Shown piece by piece: positions 30,186 through 40,391 of a stretch of DNA of 64,000 nucleotides. The position numbers and the translations under genes are program-made. Source of the stretch: Gammaproteobacteria bacterium (GTDB lineage: Bacteria > Pseudomonadota > Gammaproteobacteria > JABABF01); NCBI GenBank assembly GCA_965205525.1, contig OZ242171.1, positions 1,869,098 through 1,933,097 on the forward strand. Direction: 5' to 3'. How positions within the stretch are numbered: the first letter of the stretch is position 1; each line of letters begins with the position of its first letter. The notes beneath the pieces were generated by a model. That model ran no database searches and was not told the origin of the DNA. It saw only the letters and a list, made by a program, of their open reading frames with translations.

Positions 30186-32096
30186 ATGACTCTGAATTTG
30201 CTTCTTCGGCACAAAACTTTAGGCCTGCTTTTCCCAAGGGGATTTGCGGCCATTGCTTTCTGCTGTCTATGGCTGGCATTTGCGCCCGCCTCTGCGCAAT
30301 GGATATCCACCCCTTTGCAGGACGGGCCCGCACCTGCGGACACGAAGTCCGTCCCCGAAGACAGGAAGCCCGCCTCTTCAGCTGCGAAACCTGCCTCGTC
30401 TTCTGCCCCCGCTTTCCCGGCCCCCTCACGCACAGTGCGCACATCGCCGGTTTCGGGCCGTACCCCTCCGGTTTCTGCACGCGTGCCCCCGGTTTCAGTC
30501 CGCACTCCTCCGGTCTCAGCTCGCACTCCTCCAGTTTCCGCCCGCACACCGCCGGTTTCGGGCCGAATTCCGCCGGTCAATGTGCGCACCCCCCCGGTTT
30601 CAGTCCGTACCCCTCCGGTTTCTGCACGTGTGCCTCCAGTCTCGGCTCGCACTCCTCCAGTTTCTGCACGTGTGCCTCCGGTCTCAGCTCGCACGCCTCC
30701 AGTTTCCGTCGCCACACCGCCGGTTTCGGGCCGAATTCCGCCGGTCAATGTGCGTACGCCCCCCGTTTCAGTCCGTACCCATCCGGTTCCTGCACGTAAG
30801 AAGCGCGTTCAAGGCAGAAGGCAACAATTTTACCGAAATACACCGCCATTCTCTGCAAAGATGCCTCCCATTTCCCTGCCCTTGGTCCCCCCTGTTTCCG
30901 GCAGGCCGGACCCGCTCTCTGTGCGCTTGGGCACTCCCCCCATGCAGAAGATATCTCGGGCCTCTGCTGACATGCAGCGGAGCTTTTCCCCGAGACCCGC
31001 TCCCCTTATGCAGCTAGCCTTTGCCTACCCCCAGAAGCCTGTGAGGGCATCCGCATATCCGGCCCTGGCACAATCATCCCCCGCACCTGCACCTGTGTCC
31101 GCCCCTGCGCCACCGAAATCAGCTCCTGGCTGTGAGGGCGGATCTTCTGCTCTGGCGGAGATGATCCCTGTAAAAGGCGGCTCTTTCAAAATGGGAGACG
31201 AGCATTTTTATCCAGAGGAAGGGCCGTCGCGCCGCGCTCATGTAAAGCCTTTTCTAATTCGGCGATTTGAAGTCACCAACGCCGAGTTTGCCGAGTTTGC
31301 CGATGCCGCCGGCTATCGCACATTGGCCGAGCGCGGCCTGGCTGCAAAGGACTACCCCCAAGTGCCGCCGGAAATGCGAGTCCCTGGATCAGCGGTTTTC
31401 ATACCCCCCGCCGCACCCGAGACTGCCAGCCCGTCCCGCTGGTGGCGTTTCGTGCCCGGGGCGAATTGGCGACATCCTCAGGGGCCGGATAGCAGCGTTC
31501 AGGACAAGCTTTACCATCCGGTCGTTCATATCGCCTATGAGGATGCCCTCGCCTATGCCCGCTGGAAGAAACAGCGACTGCCCACGGAGGCGGAGTGGGA
31601 ATATGCTGCTCGCAATGCCAGTGCCCAAACCCCGCCGCCAAAAGCATCCGAGCAGAGGAAAGCGCCCCGGGATGCCAATGTCTGGCAGGGGCACTTCCCC
31701 GACAGGAACACCTTGGAGGATGGCTATGCCGGCACTGCCCCGGTCGGCTGTTTTCCGCCGAAGGGTGCCGGACTGCACGACATGATCGGCAATGTCTGGG
31801 AATGGACATCAAGCTGGTACTACCCGCACCACAGCAAAGAGCACAGTCGGGCCCAGCCTTCGCCCGGCTTTGACCCGAACCAGGCGGGTGCGCCGGTTCG
31901 GGTGGTGAAGGGCGGCTCCTACCTGTGTGCGGAGAACTACTGCATGCGTTTTAGACCGTCGGCGCGGATTGCCCAGGAGGTTGGGCTCGGCACTTCGCAT
32001 ATCGGCTTTAGGACGGTCGCCGACATTCCGGCAGAGCATGCGTCTGGCACCGGGAGCTCTGACAGCAAACCGAAGGCTCCCTCACGCAAAAAATGA
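30186..32096 (+). CDS. secreted formylglycine-generating-enzyme (FGE/SUMF1)-domain protein with N-terminal Pro-rich heptad-repeat region
   Basis: Signal peptide MTLNLLLRHKTLGLLFPRGFAAIAFCCLWLAFAPASAQ; about 18 RTPPVSA heptads; C-terminal FGE-sulfatase domain (GGSFKMGDE, RLPTEAEWEYAARN, GNVWEWTSSWY, RVVKGGSY). The ORF-track start at 29892 adds 98 aa of non-signal sequence and is unlikely. Confidence 0.7.
   Translation: MTLNLLLRHKTLGLLFPRGFAAIAFCCLWLAFAPASAQWISTPLQDGPAPADTKSVPEDRKPASSAAKPASSSAPAFPAPSRTVRTSPVSGRTPPVSARVPPVSVRTPPVSARTPPVSARTPPVSGRIPPVNVRTPPVSVRTPPVSARVPPVSARTPPVSARVPPVSARTPPVSVATPPVSGRIPPVNVRTPPVSVRTHPVPARKKRVQGRRQQFYRNTPPFSAKMPPISLPLVPPVSGRPDPLSVRLGTPPMQKISRASADMQRSFSPRPAPLMQLAFAYPQKPVRASAYPALAQSSPAPAPVSAPAPPKSAPGCEGGSSALAEMIPVKGGSFKMGDEHFYPEEGPSRRAHVKPFLIRRFEVTNAEFAEFADAAGYRTLAERGLAAKDYPQVPPEMRVPGSAVFIPPAAPETASPSRWWRFVPGANWRHPQGPDSSVQDKLYHPVVHIAYEDALAYARWKKQRLPTEAEWEYAARNASAQTPPPKASEQRKAPRDANVWQGHFPDRNTLEDGYAGTAPVGCFPPKGAGLHDMIGNVWEWTSSWYYPHHSKEHSRAQPSPGFDPNQAGAPVRVVKGGSYLCAENYCMRFRPSARIAQEVGLGTSHIGFRTVADIPAEHASGTGSSDSKPKAPSRKK
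30429..30797 (+). repeat. 21-bp (7-aa) tandem repeat array, ~18 copies, consensus RTPPVSA; contains a higher-order duplication
   Basis: ccggtttc[ag]g[ct]ccg[tc]acccctccggtttctgcacg... repeated. The segment SGRIPPVNVRTPPVSVRT occurs twice about 190 bp apart. Confidence 0.8.
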
Positions 32097-32348
32097 CATT
32101 CTATAAAAATATAAAAAACAACTAGTTGATGCTATTTTTGCATTCTGGGCGTCCCCTTCACGCCGGATACTTGGGTTTTAAGCACCTTTTGTCTCTTGCC
32201 CCTCCATTGATGATCAGTGCCTGTATGGAATAACAGCTAAAAGCGTTATCTGAGTTGACAAAAGGCCGTCATCTATTAAACTTTAAGGCCTAAGTATTAA
32301 TGTTTGGCCGGACTATACCCAAAATGCTTAACAGAGTTTTGACCAGTC

Positions 32349-33524
32349 ATGAAACGCAGTCAGAGTGATACGGGCAGTTATAAGACTGTCGCGACTGCAG
32401 GCGAGCGGTTTCAAGCGTTCGTGCCAGCCCCCTTGCCGCCAAACCCTGCTTTAGTTTTGGATGGCCCTATTGTGCAGTTGCTTGAGGGTGCAGCACATGC
32501 CCTCGGACGCCTCAACAATGCCCGGGATAATCTGCCGTACCCGTATTTCCTGTATAGCTATGTCCGGAAGGAAGCAGTGCTCTCTTCACGGGTAGAGGGG
32601 ACCGAGTCGACACTGTCGGACCTCCTGCTCCATGACCTGAATGGGCCTTTCGGAGTCCCGTTTGATGATGTGAAAGAGACCTCGCTGTATGCTGAAGCGC
32701 TAGAGTATGGCCTGCGCCGTCTGCAAGACATTCCGCCGTCAAACCGATTGATCCGCGAGGTTCATGAAAAGCTGCTTTCTCATGGGCGCGGGAACGATCA
32801 AAATCCTGGTGAGTTTCGTCGCTCGCAGAATTGGATTGGCGGCGGCCAGCCTAGCAATGCTGATTTTGTGCCGCCGCCCCACATTGATGTGCCCGACTGC
32901 ATGGCGGCGCTTGAGAGATTTATTCATGCTACGGATGACGGGCTGCCCATCTTGATTCGGGTGGGACTTGCACACGCGCAGTTTGAAACCATTCATCCCT
33001 TCCTTGACGGAAACGGACGAGTGGGAAGGCTGCTTATCTCCTTGCTGCTGTCTCATTTCAAGATGTTGCAGCAACCGCTTCTGTACCTGAGTCTGTATTT
33101 CAAGGAGAACCGCGATAGTTACTATGATCTGCTCAACCGCATACGCCGCGACGGTGACTGGGAAGAGTGGCTTAAGTTCTTCCTTAGAGGAGTGCAGGAT
33201 ACAGCGGATAGTGCGGTCTCAGATGTGCAAGAAATCATCCGTATATTTTCGGATGACCAATCTAAAATTAAAAAAGAGGCTGGTCGTCGCACTGGAACAG
33301 CATTGCAGGTGCATACGGCATTTCAAAAGAGGCCGATTCTATCCCGCGGCGAAGCCAGCCGTAAGACGAAGCTTTCTTATCCCGCGGTCGCATCAGCAAT
33401 AAAGCTTCTTGTTGAGAAAGGAATTGTGCACGAGCTTCCTATGACGGCGCCGCCAAAGCGCAACATGCCGCAGTTCTTCGTTTACACAAAATACTTTTCC
33501 ATCCTTAACAAAGGCGATGAATAG
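32349..33524 (+). CDS. Fic family protein (probable AMPylator), class II with N-terminal inhibitory motif
   Basis: Fic core motif HPFLDGNGRVGRLL; an inhibitory-helix-like (S/T)xxxE(G/N) motif SRVEG upstream; C-terminal winged-helix-like tail. Preceded by a 250-bp AT-rich spacer. Confidence 0.8.
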   Translation: MKRSQSDTGSYKTVATAGERFQAFVPAPLPPNPALVLDGPIVQLLEGAAHALGRLNNARDNLPYPYFLYSYVRKEAVLSSRVEGTESTLSDLLLHDLNGPFGVPFDDVKETSLYAEALEYGLRRLQDIPPSNRLIREVHEKLLSHGRGNDQNPGEFRRSQNWIGGGQPSNADFVPPPHIDVPDCMAALERFIHATDDGLPILIRVGLAHAQFETIHPFLDGNGRVGRLLISLLLSHFKMLQQPLLYLSLYFKENRDSYYDLLNRIRRDGDWEEWLKFFLRGVQDTADSAVSDVQEIIRIFSDDQSKIKKEAGRRTGTALQVHTAFQKRPILSRGEASRKTKLSYPAVASAIKLLVEKGIVHELPMTAPPKRNMPQFFVYTKYFSILNKGDE

Positions 33525-33664
33525 TCATCAATAAATCTGAGCTTTAATACGGGCACAGGGTTAACCGAAAACCTCCAACACTTGACAGGCCTCAGGATTT
33601 CCCGCTGATCTGTCTGCGCTTTCGGCCCGTGATATACATTTACCAGGCTCTTAGGCGCAGGCTC

Positions 33665-34858
33665 TTAGGCGGCCCTATCTTTTAACTGGGCGGTGAACCA
33701 GTAGATGCCCGCGCACGCCGCTGCGCCAGACAGCATTGTGGCTGCCATGGGTATCATGCCGCCGCTTTCTGCCGTGCCCACCAGGCCGCCTGCGAGGCCC
33801 CCCGCGCCGAGACCGATAGCGCCGAATAGCGCAGACACTGTGCCGGATATACGAGGGAAATACTGCATTCCGCTGGCCATCAGGTTGGCGCGCACCATGA
33901 TCATCGGGCTGAAGTTGATCATTAGCGCAAGGATGATCAGCCTAAGGTCTTGAATGCCGGCCAGGGCGACCGCGAACACGAGGCCAGCTCCTGCCAGCAT
34001 CACGGCGATACCGACACATAACAGTGTTTGGACTCCGGCCCGGGTCACCCAGTAGCTGTTGATTGCCGCCCCTGCTGCCAGGCCGGCCGCATTCAATGCG
34101 AATACTATGCCGAAAGCCTGCGGTGAAATTCCCAAGTATTCAATAAACACGAATGGCGCAGTGATGATATAGGAAAACATGCCTATGGATGTCGCCGCTT
34201 CGCAGGCCAGGTAGCCGAAGATTTTTTGATGAGACAGGGCTTGGCGATAGTTGGCAAGCATCCTTCGCAGCGCAAAGGGCTGGCGATGCTCCGGCGCATG
34301 CGATTCCTCCAGGATAAATATCGCCGCCAGCAGGCCGACCGCGCCGAGCAGCACCATAGCCCAGAAGATTGCACGCCATCCGGCCCACAGCAGTATGTAG
34401 CCCCCGAGGGTCGGCGCGATGATAGGCCCGATAAGCATGATGCTCATAATCAGGGAGAAAGCTCTTGCAGCCGGGGCGCCCTCCAGCTGGTCGCGGATGA
34501 TGGCGCGCGACAGGACTACGCCTGCAGAGCCCCCCAGCGCCTGCAGGAAGCGCCCAAGCAGCATTATCTCTATGGAGTCTGTAACTGCGCAAAGCACGCT
34601 GGTCAGCAGGTAGAGCGTGAAGCCGCCAATCAATACCGGCTTGCGCCCTAAAATATCGGACAGAGGCCCGTGCATGAGCTGACCGAGGGCGAGGCCGAAA
34701 AAGAACACGCTTAGGGAAAACTGAATCTCCGCCTGCCCGACGGCGAACTCTCGGGCCATGCTCGGCATGCTCGGCAGATAGATATCCACCGATATCGGAG
34801 CCACGGCTGTCAGCGCGGCCAGCAGGAGCAGAGATCCTGTGCTGATGCTTGCGGCCAT
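33665..34858 (-). CDS. MFS transporter, Bcr/CflA drug-resistance subfamily
   Basis: 12-TM profile; motifs GPLSDILGRKPVLIGG and LGRFLQALGGSAGVVLSRAIIRD. Confidence 0.8.
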   Translation of the reverse strand: MAASISTGSLLLLAALTAVAPISVDIYLPSMPSMAREFAVGQAEIQFSLSVFFFGLALGQLMHGPLSDILGRKPVLIGGFTLYLLTSVLCAVTDSIEIMLLGRFLQALGGSAGVVLSRAIIRDQLEGAPAARAFSLIMSIMLIGPIIAPTLGGYILLWAGWRAIFWAMVLLGAVGLLAAIFILEESHAPEHRQPFALRRMLANYRQALSHQKIFGYLACEAATSIGMFSYIITAPFVFIEYLGISPQAFGIVFALNAAGLAAGAAINSYWVTRAGVQTLLCVGIAVMLAGAGLVFAVALAGIQDLRLIILALMINFSPMIMVRANLMASGMQYFPRISGTVSALFGAIGLGAGGLAGGLVGTAESGGMIPMAATMLSGAAACAGIYWFTAQLKDRAA

Positions 34859-35025
34859 GCTCAGCCGACAGCCTTCTGCTTTCCGAGGCTGTCAATCCCG
34901 CCGGCAAGATCTGGTTCCCGAAGAATTTCCGCCATACTTTCGCTCGGGGCGGGGAAGCTCCTGCAGCAGGGGATGATGTGCTGCCGACCCTCCGGTACAG
35001 GGCGGGGCCCCCTCCGCCTCTCTGC

Positions 35026-36231
35026 TCAGCCGATAACCTGCTGCTTTCTCAGCTCGTCAATCTCGTCGGCCAGGCCCAGTTCCCGCAGGATTTCCTCTGT
35101 GTGCTCGCCCAGGGACGGAGAGGGATCTGCGATACGGGAGGGGGTCCCGTCAAACTCCGGCGCATAGCGGGGCTCTAGCAGACGGCCCGCCTTCGGATGC
35201 AGGGTTTCCTGAAAGGTGCCGTTCGCCTGAAGCTGGGGATGCTCCGGCAGCTCCTCCAGCCTCATCGCCTTGGCACAGGGCACATCTTCTGCTTCAAGCC
35301 GGGCAATTGCCTCATCCACATCCATCTCCGCCGCCTTGGCGTAGGCTTTCTGAACCGTTTTCGCAGACTCCTCCCGGTTTTCCATCCGGTCCGCCACAGT
35401 CGCGATTTTGGGATTGCTCTTGGAATCGATGCCGAAAGCTCTGCACATGCCGTGATACTCTGAATCCGACAGCGGAGCAGCCTGGCCATAGCCATTTTTA
35501 AAGCGCACCAGGGAAACACCCTTGGCAACAGTGGTTCCGATGTCGGCCCCCTCCTCTAAGAATGTCGCGGTCCCGCTGGCATCCATCCACAGGAAATGCA
35601 CAAGGCTGTCCACCATGTTCAGATGGATCTGCTGACCGCCCCGGCCTTTGGATCGGGCATAAAGCGCCGATGTAATCGCCTGGCAGGCGGTCACTGCAGT
35701 CAGCTTATCGGCGATTGCCTGATAGTTCTGCACCGGCTCGCCGGTTTCAATATCTGCCTGGTTGTAGGCGAGCCCGGCAAACGCCTGGATCACATTGTCG
35801 TAGGCCCGCTTGCCCGCATAGGGGCCGGTGTGGCCGAAACCATGGACAGATATGTAAATGAGCTCCGGATTTACCTTGCGCATGGTTTCGTAATCTATGC
35901 CGAGACGCTCCGCCACGCCCTGGCGGAAGTTGTGCATCAGCACATCGTGCTCGGCCGCCAGGCTCTTCAGTATTTCCACGCCCTTCTCGGTCTTCAGGTT
36001 GAGGGCGATGGAGCGCTTGCCGCGATTGGTCAGTTGGAAAATGGCGCTCACCCCATTCCGATGGGCACCGAGATAGCGCAGGATATCGCCTATCCCCGGG
36101 GCCTCCACCTTGGTTACCTCTGCCCCCTGGTCCGCCAGTATGGAACCCGCGAAAGGGCCCGCAATCGCTGTGGCGATGTCCAGCATCTTCACCCCCCGAA
36201 GGGGACCCGTGTTTTTGCTTTTCTCAGTCAT
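35026..36231 (-). CDS. CoA-transferase family III protein (CaiB/BaiF-like)
   Basis: LRGVKMLDIATAIAGPFAGSILADQGAEVTKVE..PGIGD and a later HG..HTGPY-type region. Start at the internal Met overlaps the upstream gene stop (ATGACTGA). Confidence 0.8.
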   Translation of the reverse strand: MTEKSKNTGPLRGVKMLDIATAIAGPFAGSILADQGAEVTKVEAPGIGDILRYLGAHRNGVSAIFQLTNRGKRSIALNLKTEKGVEILKSLAAEHDVLMHNFRQGVAERLGIDYETMRKVNPELIYISVHGFGHTGPYAGKRAYDNVIQAFAGLAYNQADIETGEPVQNYQAIADKLTAVTACQAITSALYARSKGRGGQQIHLNMVDSLVHFLWMDASGTATFLEEGADIGTTVAKGVSLVRFKNGYGQAAPLSDSEYHGMCRAFGIDSKSNPKIATVADRMENREESAKTVQKAYAKAAEMDVDEAIARLEAEDVPCAKAMRLEELPEHPQLQANGTFQETLHPKAGRLLEPRYAPEFDGTPSRIADPSPSLGEHTEEILRELGLADEIDELRKQQVIG

Positions 36232-37336
36232 CGTAGTTCTTATGCATGCGTGTCCGCCCACCCGGGCCGCTGTAGGATAGCGTAAATCCCGGCTCGGAGC
36301 GGAACTCGACTGAAGGCATATCTGAAAGGACCTTTTCCCATGCTTTTGCCAGCCGCTCTTCTGCGTCGTAATCAAAGGGGTCTTGCAGCACCATTTCCTC
36401 TGCCCCCCCTGGACTGGGCGGATGTTCTATCAGCCAGCGGGCGGTCCGTGCCAGGGCCTCCGCCGGCGGGACAGCATCCCGATAGCCCAGCTCTCCCTTC
36501 AGCTTGCCGATATCCACCACCCGGTGGGTGGTCAGGGGCTGCATGACCAGGGGCCGGGCGGGCGTGGCCAGGGACCAGGGCATAGAGATAATCTCCCATC
36601 GGTGCCCGAGGGCTTCTGCAATGATTTCCGTCACCTGGCGCAGGCTCAGCGCTGTTTCATCTGCGCAGTTGTAGATCTGCCCGGCGGCGATCTCGGGCTT
36701 GTCTATCGCCAGCAGCACCGCGCGGGCCATGTTTTCCGCGTAGCCGAAGCTGTGCAGGGTCAGACCGTCCTCCGGCAGTATGATGAAAGGCCGCTTATCC
36801 ATAATGCGCCGGACGATGCACCACTCTCTTGGCACTGGCTGGTAGGGGCCGTACACATAGGGATAGCGAAAGTGCACCGCTGCCGGATGATGTTCAAATA
36901 CCGACTGCTCTGTGCGGACAATGCGGTAGCCCTTTTCATCCTGCGCCTGCTCGCTGACCAGCGGGGCATCTTCTGGGGTAGGCACCGGCAGACCCGCCGG
37001 CCGGAACAGGCTGGGGTTCATATAGCCCAGGTAGGCAGGCTGTCCGCCGATGGAGATGAACTGCCCGGTTCGGCCCTTCATAATTTCAGCGATGCTCCGC
37101 AGCCGGCCGTAGGCGGCAATGCAGACATCAAATCTTCTTTTGCCGAGAGCGTCCCGCAGAGCATCGGCATCATAGGGGTCGGTATGAATATGCAAAATGC
37201 CCGCCGGGGTCTCTGGGATTTCATGCTCGCCCCGGTGCAGAATAACCACCGCATGCCCCCGGCGATGCAGCTCGCTGACCATGAAATGACCGGTCGGACC
37301 GGTGCCGCCGATGACCAGGATGCTTGTGCTGGGCAT
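36224..37336 (-). CDS. NAD-dependent epimerase/dehydratase family protein (extended SDR)
   Basis: ILVIGGTGPTGHFMVSEL Rossmann motif; 370 aa. Overlaps the downstream CoA-transferase start by 8 nt, consistent with an operon. Confidence 0.7.
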   Translation of the reverse strand: MPSTSILVIGGTGPTGHFMVSELHRRGHAVVILHRGEHEIPETPAGILHIHTDPYDADALRDALGKRRFDVCIAAYGRLRSIAEIMKGRTGQFISIGGQPAYLGYMNPSLFRPAGLPVPTPEDAPLVSEQAQDEKGYRIVRTEQSVFEHHPAAVHFRYPYVYGPYQPVPREWCIVRRIMDKRPFIILPEDGLTLHSFGYAENMARAVLLAIDKPEIAAGQIYNCADETALSLRQVTEIIAEALGHRWEIISMPWSLATPARPLVMQPLTTHRVVDIGKLKGELGYRDAVPPAEALARTARWLIEHPPSPGGAEEMVLQDPFDYDAEERLAKAWEKVLSDMPSVEFRSEPGFTLSYSGPGGRTRMHKNYDD

Positions 37337-37548
37337 ATGTCTGTTTTCGGTTGAGCTCTCTGGTGTGCTGAGGGATAATCTCCGCCGGGCCGCCTATGCA
37401 GCTTTAGCAGTGGGAGCCCGCAGCCCATATCCTCAGCAAGACGATGAGATGGAGTCTGGATTTATATTGACTCAAATTCTGGCGAGGGAAAGAGTGCCGA
37501 GGGCATCTGCGATTGCGACACTCCCGCTGACGCTGGCTCTGCCCTCCG

Positions 37549-38670
37549 CTAACTTTTTGCCAAGTCTTTCAGCGGCACCACTTTGCCTTCAGGTTTTTCA
37601 ATGTCTCCCTCCGGCAGCATGAAACGCCAGAAGACGAGGCCGAGGGAACGTCCCTCGGTGTCAATCCAATTGGGCACTCCAGGGTCCTCGTGGGCCAGCA
37701 CCATGCGAAAACTGCCGTCCGGCGCCAGCTGGGTCTGTGCGCGGTTCAGGGAAATGCGGCGGTTGGCGTAATCGTAGGTCTGCTGCTGGCGGTTCCACAG
37801 GCTGACATTGGCACAGCGGCATTCCGGCCAGCGGCCAGTCATGACTAGAGCCTCGTCAGGGCCGAGCATATAGGGTGCCATGGAATAGGCGGCATCAAAG
37901 GCGGCCAAGCCCAAATTCCCTGGCTTTGCCGGTGCGGGGAACTCGTTGGGAGTGAGGCCGACAAAGGAAGGAAGCTCCTGCCCGCCCGTCATCGGCGGCA
38001 TCTCCAGTGTGCGACTGCGAACGAATTGGGCTGCCCGCCGAATTCCCGCCGCAATCGCGGCATCATCGGGCACAGGAGGAGGCGGTCCCTGGTTCAGGCG
38101 CTTGATAGAGAGAAACGGCTGCCGCGCCGGGTTTGCGGCGGCGCTTTCATTTTCCTCGTAGTAATGCCGGGTTGTCAGACGAGAAGACCCCTCTTCCAGC
38201 GGCAGCCAGTTGGGCTTGCGGGCTTTGCCCCCCAAATGGATTGCAAAATTGCCGTCCTTGTCCACATCAAATTCGGTGTCGTTGATCACGCCGCCGGTTT
38301 TGCTTGCCATGCCGCCGTTCTCGGTGCCGATCTCCACTGTGATGGACACATAGATAGCACCGCTCATATTGCCCTGCACTAGGTAGGAATGGTCTGCGCT
38401 TACCGAGGTATCAAAATAAATGGCATCGGCGTTGTCGCCGCTGAATTTTCGCGAGGGCGTGACAATACGACGAAAATAGGGAGCAGCAGGGTCGCTTTCA
38501 AACATGCCCGCAAGCCCCCCCTCTAGCATATGCATGAGAGCGCGATGACCCTCCGCCACGTCCGCCTCGCTATTCATGTTCCAATCGGGACTGGTCCAGC
38601 GGTTATCAATTTCGGTCAGCAGGTCTATCAGCTCCCGCAGAGCGGTCCTTGATTCGGTCTTGATACTCAT
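37549..38670 (-). CDS. conserved hypothetical protein (possibly DUF1214-like)
   Basis: 373-aa ORF with normal codon usage and no recognisable catalytic motif. Confidence 0.45.
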   Translation of the reverse strand: MSIKTESRTALRELIDLLTEIDNRWTSPDWNMNSEADVAEGHRALMHMLEGGLAGMFESDPAAPYFRRIVTPSRKFSGDNADAIYFDTSVSADHSYLVQGNMSGAIYVSITVEIGTENGGMASKTGGVINDTEFDVDKDGNFAIHLGGKARKPNWLPLEEGSSRLTTRHYYEENESAAANPARQPFLSIKRLNQGPPPPVPDDAAIAAGIRRAAQFVRSRTLEMPPMTGGQELPSFVGLTPNEFPAPAKPGNLGLAAFDAAYSMAPYMLGPDEALVMTGRWPECRCANVSLWNRQQQTYDYANRRISLNRAQTQLAPDGSFRMVLAHEDPGVPNWIDTEGRSLGLVFWRFMLPEGDIEKPEGKVVPLKDLAKS

Positions 38671-38870
38671 GGTTTTAATGCTCTCCCACAGATTACGCAG
38701 CAGGCCGTAGTATACAGAGACAGTAGTGCTGTAAAAGGACAGCGAAGGAGATTCTCCGCCTCCACGCTCTGTAATCCTCTATAATCTGCAGCCTTGCATG
38801 CGCTCATCCTTCCGATATGTATTCTGCTGGGGAGGGGCGGAGCGGAACTAGACTTGAGGAGGCTGTACGA

Positions 38871-39482
38871 ATGCTATTTTATGAAGATGCCCTGACCCCC
38901 AATGCCCGCCGGGTGAATATCTTTCTTGCCGAAAAGGGCATAACAGATATACCGAGAGAGCATGTCCCTGTTATGGAGGGCAAGCACAAAACCCCCGAAT
39001 TTCGCAAAATTAATCCCTTTGCCCAAGTGCCTGCCCTAGCCGTAGATGACAGCCATACGCTGGCAGAAAGTGTAGCCATCTGCCGCTATTTTGAGGAAAA
39101 ACACCCTGAACCACCGCTAATGGGCCGCGATCCTTTTGACCGGGCCGAGATTGAGATGTGGCAGAGGCGGGTTGAACTCGGCCTTTTTAATCCTGTCGCC
39201 ATGGCTTTTCGCCATACACACCCGATAATGAGCAAGAATGAGAACCAGATCAAGGAATGGGGCGAGCTGAACCTTAGGCGGGCTATCAAAATGCTGCACC
39301 TCCTGAATGAGGAGCTGGAAGGGCGGGAATACCTTGCAGAGAGCGGCTTTTCGATTGCCGACATTACCGGCCTTATCACCTTGGATTTTGCCGCGCTTCC
39401 AAAGATTGAAATTCCCGAAGACTGCAAGAACGTAAAAGCCTGGCATGAGCGCTTGGCTGCCCGGCCCAGCGCCAAGGCGTAG
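38871..39482 (+). CDS. glutathione S-transferase
   Basis: MLFYEDALTPNARRVNIFLAEKGI...FAQVPALAVDD..LAESVAICRYF is an N-terminal thioredoxin-like GST domain. GAGGAGG lies 6 nt upstream of the ATG. Confidence 0.8.
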   Translation: MLFYEDALTPNARRVNIFLAEKGITDIPREHVPVMEGKHKTPEFRKINPFAQVPALAVDDSHTLAESVAICRYFEEKHPEPPLMGRDPFDRAEIEMWQRRVELGLFNPVAMAFRHTHPIMSKNENQIKEWGELNLRRAIKMLHLLNEELEGREYLAESGFSIADITGLITLDFAALPKIEIPEDCKNVKAWHERLAARPSAKA

Positions 39483-39510
39483 TCGGCGAGCCTATTTTTC
39501 GTCCAGGCTT

Positions 39511-40353
39511 ATGGCCCAGCCTGAAAAGATTGCCCTTATTACCGGGGCCAGCCGCGGCATTGGCCGGGCGGCAGCTATCAGCCTGGCCCGCCAGGGTGTC
39601 GCCGTTGCTGTCACCGCTCGCACCATGAAAGAGGGAGAGGGTCAGGCCGTCACTCCCTTCAAGCGTGACCAGCGCACCGTTCCGGTGCCCGGCAGCGTGG
39701 CTTCCACCTTGGCGGCGGTGCGGGAATGCGGTGCCGAGGGTCTCGGTCTCCGCCTAGACATCATGGACCGTGACAGCATCAGCGCGGCGGTGGAGAAAAT
39801 ACTTGCGCACTTCGGGCGCATAGATATCCTAGTGAATAATGCCATCTACCAGGGGCCGGGGCTGATGTACTTGCTAGGGGATGTGACTCAGGAGCACCTG
39901 GAGTCCAGTGTTACCGGCAACCTGTTCAACCAGTTCTACCTGACGCAGAAAGTCCTGCCGGGCATGCTAGAGAGGGGGAGCGGCGTAATTATCAACATGA
40001 GCTCCGGTTCCGCTCTGATGGCGCCGCCGGCACCGGCGGACCGGGGCGGCTGGGGTTTTGCCTACGCTGCCGCCAAGAGCGGCTTTCACCGTCTGGCAGA
40101 ATGTCTGCATGTGGAGCACAGGGACGACGGCATCCTCGCTTTCAATGTGGAGCCCGGGTTTACTATCACAGAAACGACCCGAGCTATTTTTGAGGACACC
40201 TCCGATTTGGAAAAGAATATGCCGAACGCCAAACCGGAGACCACCGGCGATGTCATCACCTGGCTGTCAATCCGTCCGGAAGCGGAGCGTTTTGCCGGCA
40301 AACTCATCAGCTCGCCGAGTTTTTTTGAGAAGCAGAGTATTTCCTTTCCCTGA
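39511..40353 (+). CDS. short-chain dehydrogenase/reductase (SDR)
   Basis: IALITGASRGIGRAAA, NNAI and YAAAKSG (YxxxK) motifs. Confidence 0.8.
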   Translation: MAQPEKIALITGASRGIGRAAAISLARQGVAVAVTARTMKEGEGQAVTPFKRDQRTVPVPGSVASTLAAVRECGAEGLGLRLDIMDRDSISAAVEKILAHFGRIDILVNNAIYQGPGLMYLLGDVTQEHLESSVTGNLFNQFYLTQKVLPGMLERGSGVIINMSSGSALMAPPAPADRGGWGFAYAAAKSGFHRLAECLHVEHRDDGILAFNVEPGFTITETTRAIFEDTSDLEKNMPNAKPETTGDVITWLSIRPEAERFAGKLISSPSFFEKQSISFP

Positions 40354-40391
40354 AGAAAGATAACCCGGCGGCAGACGGCAGGTTTTCGCGA

